Source: a virus
Virus record (IMG/VR): IMGVR_UViG_3300034196_000067
Location: 172,796-209,442 of that record
Length of the DNA: 36,647 nucleotides
Reading direction: 5' to 3' (one strand)
Positions 17,604 to 25,790 of this stretch are shown piece by piece (the stretch's first letter is position 1; the number at the start of each line of letters is the position of its first letter). The translations under genes were made by a program, and so were the position numbers. The notes beneath the pieces are model-generated. The model was not told the origin of the DNA. It searched no databases and worked only from the letters and a program-made list of their open reading frames with translations.

Positions 17604-17685
17604 AGAGCTCCTGCAAACCGACCAGTTCCTGCGGAATAAGAAACTGAAGCGACCGGTAGTATCGCTCTTCTCTCAGGAGGTCTCA

Positions 17686-17784
17686 TGCTGGGATTCGCAG
17701 GCTTCGCCGTCTTCTTCCTCGTCATCGCTGGTCTCTGTGACAAGGCACGAAAGAAGAGGATCGAGAAAGACAAGAAGAAGTGAA
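17686..17784 (+). CDS. possible 32-aa membrane peptide (not in ORF track)
   Basis: SD 'caggagg' 5 nt before the ATG. Translation is MLGFAGFAVFFLVIAGLCDKARKKRIEKDKKK, one TM helix plus a basic tail. Confidence 0.35.
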
Positions 17785-17863
17785 AGAGAGACATAAGAAC
17801 GTAGAGGAGCATTGAGCTTGGGTTCCCTTCGGACCTCCCAAACCCCAAAGCTTGCGCACTCCG

Positions 17864-17903
17864 GCGGTAGGTGTCCCTCCTGACACCTACCGCTGTTTTC
17901 TTA
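17864..17903 (+). terminator. strong intrinsic terminator GCGGTAGGTGTC-cctcct-GACACCTACCGC + TGTTTTCTTAGC
   Basis: Perfect 12-bp stem plus T-tract. Confidence 0.75.
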
Positions 17904-17907
17904 GCAC

Positions 17908-18378
17908 TTGGAGCACGACATGATGATCGAGACAGCAGTCGAAGAGGCGAAGAACGAGTGCGTCGTCTTCCTAGGCCTACAACACGTGCCTGGTACAACG
18001 CAGGAGGTAGTGGCGGCCTTGGGGCCAGTGCTCAAGGCTTTGAAGAAGGTCATCGTTACCTCTCATTTTCTCACCGGAAGGAAGGGCGAGGATCGGAGAG
18101 GAGTAGTGGTGTATGAGGCAGAGGGGGTAGAGCCTCAGAACGATGCCTTCAAGCTGATGCGAAAGCTAGTCTTCACGCCGGAAGGCTCGCTCGTAATGGA
18201 AGACGTGCTCACGTGTCAGAACGAGTGTCATGTGTATGCGGTGCATGCACGAGAAGTAGAGCTAGAAGTAGTGCTTCAAGAGGGAGTGACGCCTCGACAG
18301 CTCGTTGAAACCATCAAGGAATTCCTATGTGACCCAGACGAGGCTGTCATGGGACCAACTCTCGGCATGATCCACTGA
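17908..18378 (+). CDS. hypothetical protein (152-156 aa; likely start at ATG 17920)
   Basis: ORF. 'ggag' lies just upstream of the second and third in-frame ATG. Confidence 0.55.
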   Translation: MEHDMMIETAVEEAKNECVVFLGLQHVPGTTQEVVAALGPVLKALKKVIVTSHFLTGRKGEDRRGVVVYEAEGVEPQNDAFKLMRKLVFTPEGSLVMEDVLTCQNECHVYAVHAREVELEVVLQEGVTPRQLVETIKEFLCDPDEAVMGPTLGMIH

Positions 18379-18463
18379 GTCAGAAAAGCCGTTACGTCTT
18401 GAGTGATAAGAAGGGTGTGGAGAGGGGAATGGTTCTTCTCTCTTTCGCTGTGAGGAGGCGAAG

Positions 18464-18949
18464 GTGACCGTTGCGCTCGTAGAGGGAGACGACGTGGAGA
18501 CGGGGAATCCGCACGAGAGGTTGTTGAAAGAAGAGATGTTGCGAGCAGAGATCGCTCGGTTGAAGGCCATGACCGCGTTGTTCGAGGACATGGGCGCCCT
18601 CTTCAAAGGGATGGCAAGTCAAGCAGAAGCAGAAGCTGACGTGGCCATCTGCAAGAAGGAAGAAGTCGAGAGGGATAGCAAAGACGTGGATCTGAAGGAG
18701 CTCTTGGCGAGCAAGCGCAAGTCGGAGATCGAGCTGGAGATCGCTCGAAATCGAGATCAGGTAAAGCGCATCCAAGAGCGGACGGAGCAGCACCGACGAG
18801 GGCAGCCTCCGAAGAGCCCTTATCGAAAAGATCCAAAGACTTCGGTGCATGCAGACAAGAAGGAGGTGTTGGTGGACACACAGAGCAGTGCGTCTCTCAA
18901 GGGTCCCATTCGAGGACTTGATAAGGTCCCGACGACGGCATCTCCGTGA
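18464..18949 (+). CDS. charged coiled-coil hypothetical protein (161 aa), GTG start
   Basis: SD 'gaggagg'. Heptad-like, K/E-rich sequence EEMLRAEIARLKAMTALFEDM...KRKSEIELEIARNRDQVKRIQERTEQ. Confidence 0.55.
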   Translation: MTVALVEGDDVETGNPHERLLKEEMLRAEIARLKAMTALFEDMGALFKGMASQAEAEADVAICKKEEVERDSKDVDLKELLASKRKSEIELEIARNRDQVKRIQERTEQHRRGQPPKSPYRKDPKTSVHADKKEVLVDTQSSASLKGPIRGLDKVPTTASP

Positions 18950-18957
18950 ACGAGCTC

Positions 18958-18984
18958 GGGCCGCCGAAAGGCGGCCCGTCTCTT
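18958..18984. terminator. GC hairpin GGGCCGCC-gaaa-GGCGGCCC + TCTTAGCTCAAG between convergent early (+) and late (-) units
   Basis: Seen directly. U-tract is weak. Confidence 0.45.
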
Positions 18985-19004
18985 AGCTCAAGCTCTTAGC
19001 CCGT

Positions 19005-19319
19005 CTACGACTTCACGACGGCCAGCGATGTGAGCTGCCCGGAGGTATTCATGGTAAGGGCGAGGGACATTGTCTCCACCAAGGTGCCTGATGCGTCGTA
19101 CTGTTTCTTTGTGACGGAGGTTAGGACCCCACTCACGTCACGCGAGAGGGAAGTCTCTCGGATCTTCTGCGTCTTCCCTGAAGACGTCCAGAGGATGACA
19201 GAAGAGAGACGCCCATTCACGTCTCTCGACAGCTCTAGGTAGCCAGTGAAGAGGCTCCCGTGCGCCAGAGTGTGTCTGGTGTCGTGAGATACCTCGTTGA
19301 TGATGTGAGGAATGGGCAT
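19005..19319 (-). CDS. hypothetical protein (104 aa) downstream of fibre gene (position of a fibre assembly/chaperone protein)
   Basis: Starts 2 nt after the fibre gene stop. No motif; the role is positional inference only. Confidence 0.55.
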   Translation of the reverse strand: MPIPHIINEVSHDTRHTLAHGSLFTGYLELSRDVNGRLSSVILWTSSGKTQKIRETSLSRDVSGVLTSVTKKQYDASGTLVETMSLALTMNTSGQLTSLAVVKS

Positions 19320-19321
19320 GG

Positions 19322-20959
19322 TCAGCTCATAGCGATGACGAGGTCTCCGACGTTATGGACGTCAGCGTCGATCTGAGAGAGATCCTTCTGTCCTGTCCCC
19401 TTCAGGCTGTTCACGGCGTTGGTGATGGCCGTATTCGATGCCGGGTCGGGGGGCAGGTAGTCTGTCTTGGTTCGGATGGACCCCACGACGTCTCGGTCGA
19501 TTTGTTGGAAGCCTGATGAGGTAGAGGCTGGGTCGGGAGGGAGGTTGTCCGTCTTGGCTTTGATAGCGACGATGCGATCTCTGTCATCGGACGTGAAAGC
19601 GTTGGCGCCTACACCAACCACTGAATCGATATGAGAGTTCGAGGCGGGATCGGATGGCAGGTAGTCTGTCTTGGCGCGGACCGCGACGATGTCTGAACGG
19701 TTGCTGTCTTCCGTAGACTTGATCGAAGCGAGGGTAGTGCGATCGGTAGACGTGAACGAGTTGTTGGTGACTGTAGCCACTGCCACGGCAGTGGCGTGCA
19801 GAGAGTCTGTCGAGCCCGTATATCCAGTACCTGCTAGATAGTCTCGGGCTCCGTTCACACCTGTGGCAGATGCCGGATCCGAAGGAAGGTTGTCGGTCTT
19901 GAGCTTGACCCCACGAGCGTAGACGTAGGTCTCGCTGATGGTCCTCTTCACATTCGAGCCGTAAGAGTTGTCGAGCCCGAAGAGAGCATCTCTGGCAGTA
20001 GTCACATCGCCCTGAGTAGACACTACGGAAGCGGGCATGACTGCGTTGATGGCGTTCAGTGCAGCACGATCGTCTGCGGTGAAGCCTCCTGATCCGGAGA
20101 CGATGCCTGTGAGAGAGAGCTGAAGCTGGTGCAGGGAGTCTGTGGCCGCGCTGAAGCCCGTTCCTGCAAGAGCGGTGACATCACTCTGAGCCGCAGGAGT
20201 TGCTGGAAGGTTGTCGGTCTTGAGCTTGACCGCAGCGAGCTCGATCTGAATGTTGTGTAGAGAGTCTGTGCCAGAGACCCAACCCGAACCGCCTTTGAGC
20301 TCAGTGGCTCGGCTGTCTGTGTTCGAGTTGATGGACGTGACTGCACTCGTCACGTCCCCAACGGCAGCAGGAGCCGCTGGAAGGTTGTCTGTCTTCGCCT
20401 TGATGGCGTTGACGTTCGAGCGATCGGATGAGTTGAAAGAGTTCGTACCCAGCCACGTCTCGATCCCTGAAGTAGACACCGGATCGGAGGGCAAGTTGTC
20501 GGTCTTGGCCTTGACTGCCAGAAGCGTAGTGCGATCGTCTGAGCCGAAACCGCCACCAGAACTGCTTCCAGCAGATACGTTCTGAATGTCCGCGGAGATG
20601 GAGGTGCTGACTGGAGTGCCGAGACGGTTGTATACGTCGGTCGCGTCTGCAACGACGATCTTCACCACTCCAGGGTATCGAGCCGCGCCGACGCACGTGA
20701 CCATGTACTGGAACACACCAGGCTGATCTGTGTACGTCGCTGGGATGAGGATGTTGTAGTACCCAGCCTGGGAGTAAGCCCCTTGAGTCTTCTCCTCCCA
20801 CATGCTCGGTGAGACGGTCAGATTAAACATCGTCCCATCGGATTTGATGACTGTGCAGTTGATGGAGCTGTACGCGACTCCGGCCATAGGCGCGTCAGAG
20901 ACAGAGTCAACCAAGGTGACTGGCGCACGAACCACAGTGCTTTGCTTGTATTCAAGCAT
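19322..20959 (-). CDS. repeat-containing fibre protein (545 aa) with ~9 'K-x-K-TDNLP-x-x-PA' repeats
   Basis: Repeated units, for example AVKAKTDNLPSDPVS, AIKAKTDNLPAAPAA, AVKLKTDNLPATPAA, GVKLKTDNLPSDPAS, AVRAKTDYLPSDPAS, AIKAKTDNLPPDPAS, SIRTKTDYLPPDPAS. Paralogous to the 32607-33977 gene. Confidence 0.8.
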   Translation of the reverse strand: MLEYKQSTVVRAPVTLVDSVSDAPMAGVAYSSINCTVIKSDGTMFNLTVSPSMWEEKTQGAYSQAGYYNILIPATYTDQPGVFQYMVTCVGAARYPGVVKIVVADATDVYNRLGTPVSTSISADIQNVSAGSSSGGGFGSDDRTTLLAVKAKTDNLPSDPVSTSGIETWLGTNSFNSSDRSNVNAIKAKTDNLPAAPAAVGDVTSAVTSINSNTDSRATELKGGSGWVSGTDSLHNIQIELAAVKLKTDNLPATPAAQSDVTALAGTGFSAATDSLHQLQLSLTGIVSGSGGFTADDRAALNAINAVMPASVVSTQGDVTTARDALFGLDNSYGSNVKRTISETYVYARGVKLKTDNLPSDPASATGVNGARDYLAGTGYTGSTDSLHATAVAVATVTNNSFTSTDRTTLASIKSTEDSNRSDIVAVRAKTDYLPSDPASNSHIDSVVGVGANAFTSDDRDRIVAIKAKTDNLPPDPASTSSGFQQIDRDVVGSIRTKTDYLPPDPASNTAITNAVNSLKGTGQKDLSQIDADVHNVGDLVIAMS

Positions 20960-21811
20960 CTAGTTGGTCCTCGGGTTGGTGCGAGTGCGCTTGAGGTTCT
21001 TCATCGTTCCACCCGTACCAGTGGCTGTGGAGATGATGTTCTTCATGGGACGGGAAGCTGAGTGGTGGACCGGGACCGAGCTCGCTTGAGGATTCGCAGC
21101 GGCATACAGAGGAGCCGCTGAGAGGTAGTGCTCAGTGATGCGAGCCTGGCTGAGCGCTCCGCTGTACACAGCCATGTCATTGAGACGGATGTTATTGGCA
21201 TAGTAGGACGTGGAATTCCCTAGAAGAGCGTTCGAGGAGTTTTTCACGGTCCCTGAAGAGACTGTCCCATACCCTGTCCCTAGAAGCACTTTGCCGTTCA
21301 CGTACCAAGATGCGCCATTCACAAAGGATCCGGAGCCATCCCAAACCATCACCAGGTGGACCCAAGCGCCTGCCGAGTACGTCGCGTTCGGTGATGAGTT
21401 CGTATAGTTGGAGGTACCGTTATTCATGAGGAAGCTGAAATGCCCTTGGTAGGCGTACATCGACCAAGCGTTCGAGGACGATCCCTTGCTGATGATTCCC
21501 AAGTTCGTAGTGAGGAAGCCTATGTCAGCGAACCAGCACTCAACGGTGAAAGGCTGGTTGTACTCGAAGTCCCCGACCGAGGTCGGTAGTGTGACGACTC
21601 CGTTCGAATTCCCCGGGAAGGATACACACAAGCTGTCTGCCTTACCTCCGCCTAGACCGATCAAACGGGCATCTTGCCCAATCACCATAGAACTACCGTA
21701 GACCCCGTTCCGCCCGTTTGGGGAAGAATCCACAGCCGTCGTCCCTGAAGACTCGATGAGTCTCCAAAAACCAACAGGAGAGTCTGCGAGCACTGCTGTA
21801 GCGTAGGACAT
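20960..21811 (-). CDS. LamG-like (concanavalin-A-type jellyroll, Laminin_G_3-like) domain protein, ~283 aa, putative receptor-binding/tail protein
   Basis: N-terminus MSYATAVLADSPVGFWRLIESSGTTAVDSSPNGRNGVYGSSMVIGQD...SLCVSFPGNSNGVVTLP...FTVECWF matches the LamG_3 pattern (a.yw.ldegsGttavDssgnghnGtl.g....). ATG 21811 lies 1 nt beyond the upstream stop. Confidence 0.7.
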   Translation of the reverse strand: MSYATAVLADSPVGFWRLIESSGTTAVDSSPNGRNGVYGSSMVIGQDARLIGLGGGKADSLCVSFPGNSNGVVTLPTSVGDFEYNQPFTVECWFADIGFLTTNLGIISKGSSSNAWSMYAYQGHFSFLMNNGTSNYTNSSPNATYSAGAWVHLVMVWDGSGSFVNGASWYVNGKVLLGTGYGTVSSGTVKNSSNALLGNSTSYYANNIRLNDMAVYSGALSQARITEHYLSAAPLYAAANPQASSVPVHHSASRPMKNIISTATGTGGTMKNLKRTRTNPRTN

Positions 21812-21813
21812 GG

Positions 21814-23160
21814 CTATAGGTTGACGGGCATGAGGAAGAAGCGAAAAGTGCATACCGGGAAATAGGTGTAGAGGATGACCTCTCCTATACTCGTAGAACT
21901 GTTGGTTCTAGAAGCAAAGGCGAAAGAAGACGCGCTGTACCCGTTGTACACGTCACCGGAAGGAGGCGTGTTATTCCCTACACTGCCGGGGAAGTCACAG
22001 CGAATCATCACGTAGGTGTTGCCGTCATCAGAGGGTCCAAAACTCGCAAGATGGAGACCACTCGGATTCATGATGGGGTACTTGAGGTACTTCACATCCC
22101 CTCGCTTCCCCTCATTCCCCACCATCCCTGTAGAGCTGGGCTTTGCACTCTGATACGCATCAACGTCGCAGTACTGAAACCGAGCTGCGTCGTCGAGACT
22201 GGTTCTCGTGAAGTCGTCGAGGTACGAATACCCTCTCGGAGAGAGGGTCGTCATGCAGGGATGCTGGATTACGGAGTTGGACCACATGGTGCTACTGATG
22301 GACTTCCAGATCTCAGCGCATCCCACTGTGTTATTGGCGTCTGTAATACTTGTCGCATAGTATGCGTTCAACCCTGAGTAATCCATGTTCGAACACGCAA
22401 AGAGGAGGCAGGAAGTGTCCCCTACTCTGTAGGGAGTGAGATTCCCGACGTAGAGAAAGTCTGCGACTCCAGAGAAAGATGGATCTCCTGATGTCCAGAG
22501 CCCAAGAGCATCAGGCAGTGCCCATAGGATGTACTGAATCTTGCTGGTCGAAGACTGTTGAGAGCTGAAGCCTCTCATGATCTCCATCGTGCTCGGGTTG
22601 GCGCCGACATGGGTTGATGCGTTCCATGTCTCATACACCTGGACGAATAGTAGATCTCCGTAAGAAGCACCCCGAGCCAGTAGAACGTAGAAGGTCTTCT
22701 GCTGGCTCGTACACTGAAGAACAACGTACCCACCGGTCTTGGTGTACGCCCTGCCAGGAGAGATGCTGGTTCCTGTGTAGTTGCGATCCAGAGTCGCTTG
22801 GTAACCGTTGGCGTTGGCCGCGTTGATGGTGTACCAGTTGGACTGATCCGAAGAGATCTGAGTGACTCCGGGAGCGATACACCTCGCAAAGCGCATCGCG
22901 TTGTTGTTGCCTTGCGAGATGGCGCTAGACCCGTTGGTCATCGTGGTCCCGTTCGCAGATACCAAGCCGGTGACGTAACCAGTACATGCAAACGGGACGA
23001 CCAGAGGGGTTCCAGACCTCTGGTCATCGTATAGAGTCCAACCATTCACGCCACTTCCGATGTCAGCCACGATATCGGAGAGGATGTTTGCGAAGCTCGA
23101 AACAGGAAGAGCGGTGTAGCCTTGAGGAGATCCACCAGTGTGAGGGAAGAACCCAGCCAT
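21814..23160 (-). CDS. hypothetical structural protein (448 aa), Ser/Thr/Gly/Asn-rich beta-type; probable tail/receptor-binding component
   Basis: Long ORF co-oriented and adjacent to the fibre and LamG genes. Composition is typical of phage distal-tail proteins. No specific motif. Confidence 0.65.
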   Translation of the reverse strand: MAGFFPHTGGSPQGYTALPVSSFANILSDIVADIGSGVNGWTLYDDQRSGTPLVVPFACTGYVTGLVSANGTTMTNGSSAISQGNNNAMRFARCIAPGVTQISSDQSNWYTINAANANGYQATLDRNYTGTSISPGRAYTKTGGYVVLQCTSQQKTFYVLLARGASYGDLLFVQVYETWNASTHVGANPSTMEIMRGFSSQQSSTSKIQYILWALPDALGLWTSGDPSFSGVADFLYVGNLTPYRVGDTSCLLFACSNMDYSGLNAYYATSITDANNTVGCAEIWKSISSTMWSNSVIQHPCMTTLSPRGYSYLDDFTRTSLDDAARFQYCDVDAYQSAKPSSTGMVGNEGKRGDVKYLKYPIMNPSGLHLASFGPSDDGNTYVMIRCDFPGSVGNNTPPSGDVYNGYSASSFAFASRTNSSTSIGEVILYTYFPVCTFRFFLMPVNL

Positions 23161-23166
23161 GTGTAG

Positions 23167-23811
23167 CTACCTCATTCCGTAGTCAACGATCTGCACTTCG
23201 AGGTTGGAAGAAGATGTTGCGATGCCGAGCTGGATCATTCGATTTCCGGCCGACAAGGATTCGTACAGAGCAGGATGCCCGTCCGTTGGACCTAGGAAGT
23301 AGGGAGTGCCTGGGGTGGCCCCTGAGAGGCCTCCAGTGAGTGCCCCGGCCACGAGAACCCCCACCCCGCCTCCTGATGCCACGGAGGCCGAAGCAACGCC
23401 TAGGACGAGGCTCTTGGCGTCGGTAGCGCAGTCTCCGTTCGCCACCCTCCCAGCCGAGGTGAGGTAGACCCCCGACCCCTTCGTGACTCCATTCGAGACG
23501 AAGGTGGGCATGAGGAGGGTGGCAGTAGGAGCTCCTGGCCCGGCGCTTCCAGTCTGGAAGGCGGCCGAGATGGCTACACCAAGTTGACGGTAGAAAAGCT
23601 GGGCTGCTGCCGTCGTGAGGGAGAGGGATGCGGGGCTCTGATCCGGTCCTGGGGGAAGAACAGTTGCAGAAGGAAGAAGAGAAGGATCCGTCCCCCCTAC
23701 TGCTCCGGACTCTATGAGTCGCAAGAAGGCTGCGACGAATGCTTCCGCGTTCGTGATGTCCGCGGTGGTGATCGGGAGAGGGCCGGTGGGAATCAGAACT
23801 GGATTCGGCAT
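23167..23811 (-). CDS. Gly/Ala/Ser-rich fibre-like protein (214 aa)
   Basis: ORF. C-terminal GSGVYLTSAGRVANGDC...GVLVAGALTGGLSGATPGTPYFLGPTDG is typical of phage fibre/decoration beta-rich domains. Assignment is weak. Confidence 0.6.
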   Translation of the reverse strand: MPNPVLIPTGPLPITTADITNAEAFVAAFLRLIESGAVGGTDPSLLPSATVLPPGPDQSPASLSLTTAAAQLFYRQLGVAISAAFQTGSAGPGAPTATLLMPTFVSNGVTKGSGVYLTSAGRVANGDCATDAKSLVLGVASASVASGGGVGVLVAGALTGGLSGATPGTPYFLGPTDGHPALYESLSAGNRMIQLGIATSSSNLEVQIVDYGMR

Positions 23812-23819
23812 CAGCTACC

Positions 23820-24077
23820 CTACCTCACGCTTCTGGTTGGCCGCATCGGGCTGAGCAGCTTCGGCTGTGGTTTGTAGATGCTCTCAGCCCACTGTGGGTC
23901 GATACGAACTCCGCAGAAAGGACAGTAGTTGATAGGAACGAGAAAGAAAACCCTTGGGTCGAACTCTGCACGGACGCAGATGCTGAAGCGATCCGGATGC
24001 TGAGAGTAGGTGACGAGCGCATCGATGAAAGCCTGCATGAGATCGCAAGGAGTTCGGTCACAGACGCGATGAGCCAT
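23820..24077 (-). CDS. small zinc-ribbon-like protein (85 aa)
   Basis: Cys pairs C6/C11 and CPFCG. Confidence 0.45.
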   Translation of the reverse strand: MAHRVCDRTPCDLMQAFIDALVTYSQHPDRFSICVRAEFDPRVFFLVPINYCPFCGVRIDPQWAESIYKPQPKLLSPMRPTRSVR

Positions 24078-24079
24078 GC

Positions 24080-24400
24080 TCAGCCTCCCTTCTGTCTTGC
24101 TGCCCTACGCTTGAGATACGAGAGGATCGTCTCTTCATCTTCGTCTTGCTTCACCATGAGCTGGATGGCCTCATCTTCCCCAAAGACATCAAGGTCTTCA
24201 TCTTTCAGCTTCGGGCGCTTCTTCGCCTCAACCGAGTCACTGGGAAGAACATGAACTCTCCCCAGGACATCGAGCATGAAGACAGCGGTACCGCAGCTTT
24301 TGAGAGCTGCGGTGGCCGCGATCCCGACTGCATAGAGGCTCGGGCGGTGCCCGCTCACGAGCTTGCTGAGAACCAAGTCCTCTTCGACCTTCTCCTCCAT
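24080..24400 (-). CDS. hypothetical acidic protein (106 aa), first gene of left late operon
   Basis: SD GGAGTGGAGGA precedes the ATG on the minus strand. The C-terminal half is D/E-rich. Confidence 0.5.
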   Translation of the reverse strand: MEEKVEEDLVLSKLVSGHRPSLYAVGIAATAALKSCGTAVFMLDVLGRVHVLPSDSVEAKKRPKLKDEDLDVFGEDEAIQLMVKQDEDEETILSYLKRRAARQKGG

Positions 24401-24419
24401 GGGTCCTCCACTCCGGTTT

Positions 24420-24533
24420 GACAGTGCTACGCTGTCATTCTGCCACGTCCAGGCAGGTGAAAACCCCTTTCACTTCATGATACCAAAGCCGGTTTCGGTG
24501 CGGTAAACGTCGTGAAGTGAAAGCCCCTTTCAC
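24420..24533. promoter_or_regulatory. divergent control region with two copies of palindromic operator GTGAAA(A/G)CCCCTTTCAC (24457-24473, 24517-24533) plus IR GACAG-N7-CTGTC (24420-24436)
   Basis: Seen directly. The two 17-mers differ at one base. Each is itself an inverted repeat. The flanks CTTTCACTTCA and TGAAGTGAAAG form a longer-range inverted repeat. Confidence 0.5.
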
Positions 24534-24572
24534 CCTCGTACCCGGAACGGTGGCATCTTACATCAACTCGTC

Positions 24573-24764
24573 TTGAACAGGAGGTTGAGCATGCCGGTAG
24601 GGTTCCCTCGCATGGAATTCCATCCCAGTCCGGATACCAGAAGGTACATCGAGAAGCTTCGAGAAGAGCTTTCGAAGAGCGCCAAGAAGCGAATTACCCT
24701 AAGTGAGGTTATCGAAGAGATTCTCCGCATGTACATCGAAAAGGCTGAGCGCGAGAGAGGGTAG
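24573..24764 (+). CDS. small ribbon-helix-helix-like DNA-binding protein (63 aa), candidate repressor
   Basis: SD 'acaggagg'. C-terminal RITLSEVIEEILRMYIEKAERE resembles CopG/Arc-type RHH. It sits next to the palindromic operators. Confidence 0.45.
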   Translation: MNRRLSMPVGFPRMEFHPSPDTRRYIEKLREELSKSAKKRITLSEVIEEILRMYIEKAERERG

Positions 24765-24848
24765 TTCTCAAGAAGCATCTTGCTTTTTCAGGTCTTGATG
24801 CTAAGAGATGCATGAGAAGAAGTTCTTCTCTCAAGAAAGGAAGAAGTC

Positions 24849-25454
24849 ATGCCTCGTGGCATTTACGATCGCAGTCAGATGAAGCCGAAGGGGACGGCCA
24901 AGACCGCCAAGGCGGCCGAGCCCACCACCGGCGGTGGGTCCGCTCTCACCAACTCCCCTCTGAAGAGGAAGTACGTGAGGAAGGCCACCACACAAGCTCT
25001 CAAGGCTGTCCTCGACTCTCCCAAAGGGTTCGAGGCGTCTGGAACGGCGCCAGAGTCTGACCTCGGTGGCGTGGTCTTCTCTTCCGTCGGAATGCTCTAC
25101 ACCCATCTCGGTCAGCTCCACTCCGCAAGGGTGCAGCTCTCTCAGCAGAGCATCGACCACAACCCCAAGGTCATCGCCGTCATCGACGAAGAGATCATCG
25201 CCACGCTCGGCTCTCTGAAGATCTGGAGACAGAACACCTTCAAGACCGAGAGCAAGGAGCCGGAAGCGCAGACCCAGAGCATCCCGGTGATCCCGCCGGC
25301 CCTTGTCGCAGCGGCCCCAGCGCCTGCCCCGGCACCCGCTCCAGCGCCTGCCCCTGCGTTCCAGGGAGCCTCTACGATGACTCCGCCCCCCGCACCGCTC
25401 CCCTTCTCGCCCCAGACGGTCGAGGAAGTGCGCCGCGCATCCGGCCAGGCGTAA
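24849..25454 (+). CDS. Lys/Ala-rich histone-H1/AlgP-like protein with C-terminal (AP)n repeat (201 aa)
   Basis: SD 'aaggaag'. N-terminus MKPKGTAKTAKAAEPTTGG...KRKYVRKATTQALKA; C-terminus AAAPAPAPAPAPAPAPAF. Confidence 0.6.
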   Translation: MPRGIYDRSQMKPKGTAKTAKAAEPTTGGGSALTNSPLKRKYVRKATTQALKAVLDSPKGFEASGTAPESDLGGVVFSSVGMLYTHLGQLHSARVQLSQQSIDHNPKVIAVIDEEIIATLGSLKIWRQNTFKTESKEPEAQTQSIPVIPPALVAAAPAPAPAPAPAPAPAFQGASTMTPPPAPLPFSPQTVEEVRRASGQA

Positions 25455-25478
25455 CAAAACCGGCCGAGCAGAGACTCG

Positions 25479-25507
25479 AAGGGCCCCGTTTCGGGGCCCT
25501 TTTTCTT
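25479..25507 (+). terminator. intrinsic terminator AAGGGCCCCG-ttt-CGGGGCCCTT + TTTTCTT
   Basis: Seen directly. Confidence 0.7.
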
Positions 25508-25532
25508 CCCACGAGAGGCGTCTTCCTAGAGA

Positions 25533-25556
25533 ATCCCCTTGAAACTGCAAGGGGAT
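25533..25556 (+). promoter_or_regulatory. 9-bp perfect hairpin ATCCCCTTG-aaactg-CAAGGGGAT occluding the csp Shine-Dalgarno (AAGGGG) 5 nt upstream of the ATG
   Basis: Seen directly. Candidate temperature- or structure-dependent translational control element. Confidence 0.4.
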
Positions 25557-25560
25557 CCAC

Positions 25561-25773
25561 ATGGCGCTACGAGGTACAGTGAAGTGGTTCAACGATGCAA
25601 AGGGCTACGGGTTCATCAAGCCTGACGATGGGGGGAAGGACATCTTTGTCCACCACTCCGTCATCAAGATGGATGGGTTCCGCACTCTCTCTGAAGGGGA
25701 GCGCGTCGAGTACACCATCGAGGCCGGGGCGAAGGGCCCGCAGGCCGTAAACGTCTCTCGCATCTCAGAGTAG
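25561..25773 (+). CDS. cspA: cold-shock protein, CspA family (70 aa)
   Basis: [65 protein letters not shown]. Carries the canonical RNP1 (KGYGFI) and RNP2 (VFVHH-like) cold-shock-domain motifs. Confidence 0.9.
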   Translation: MALRGTVKWFNDAKGYGFIKPDDGGKDIFVHHSVIKMDGFRTLSEGERVEYTIEAGAKGPQAVNVSRISE

Positions 25774-25790
25774 TGCTCAAGACAAGGGAA

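Noticed and set aside
20960-21811. diversity-generating retroelement targeting the LamG/fibre C-termini
   Set aside because: There is no reverse transcriptase gene and no template-repeat copy of a fibre 3' end in the window.
25300-25370. GC-rich short tandem repeat (gcccc[ag]gc[gc]cct...) considered as CRISPR or microsatellite
   Set aside because: It encodes the in-frame (AP)n tail of the H1-like protein. There are no spacers or repeat-spacer periodicity. No CRISPR array occurs anywhere in the window.
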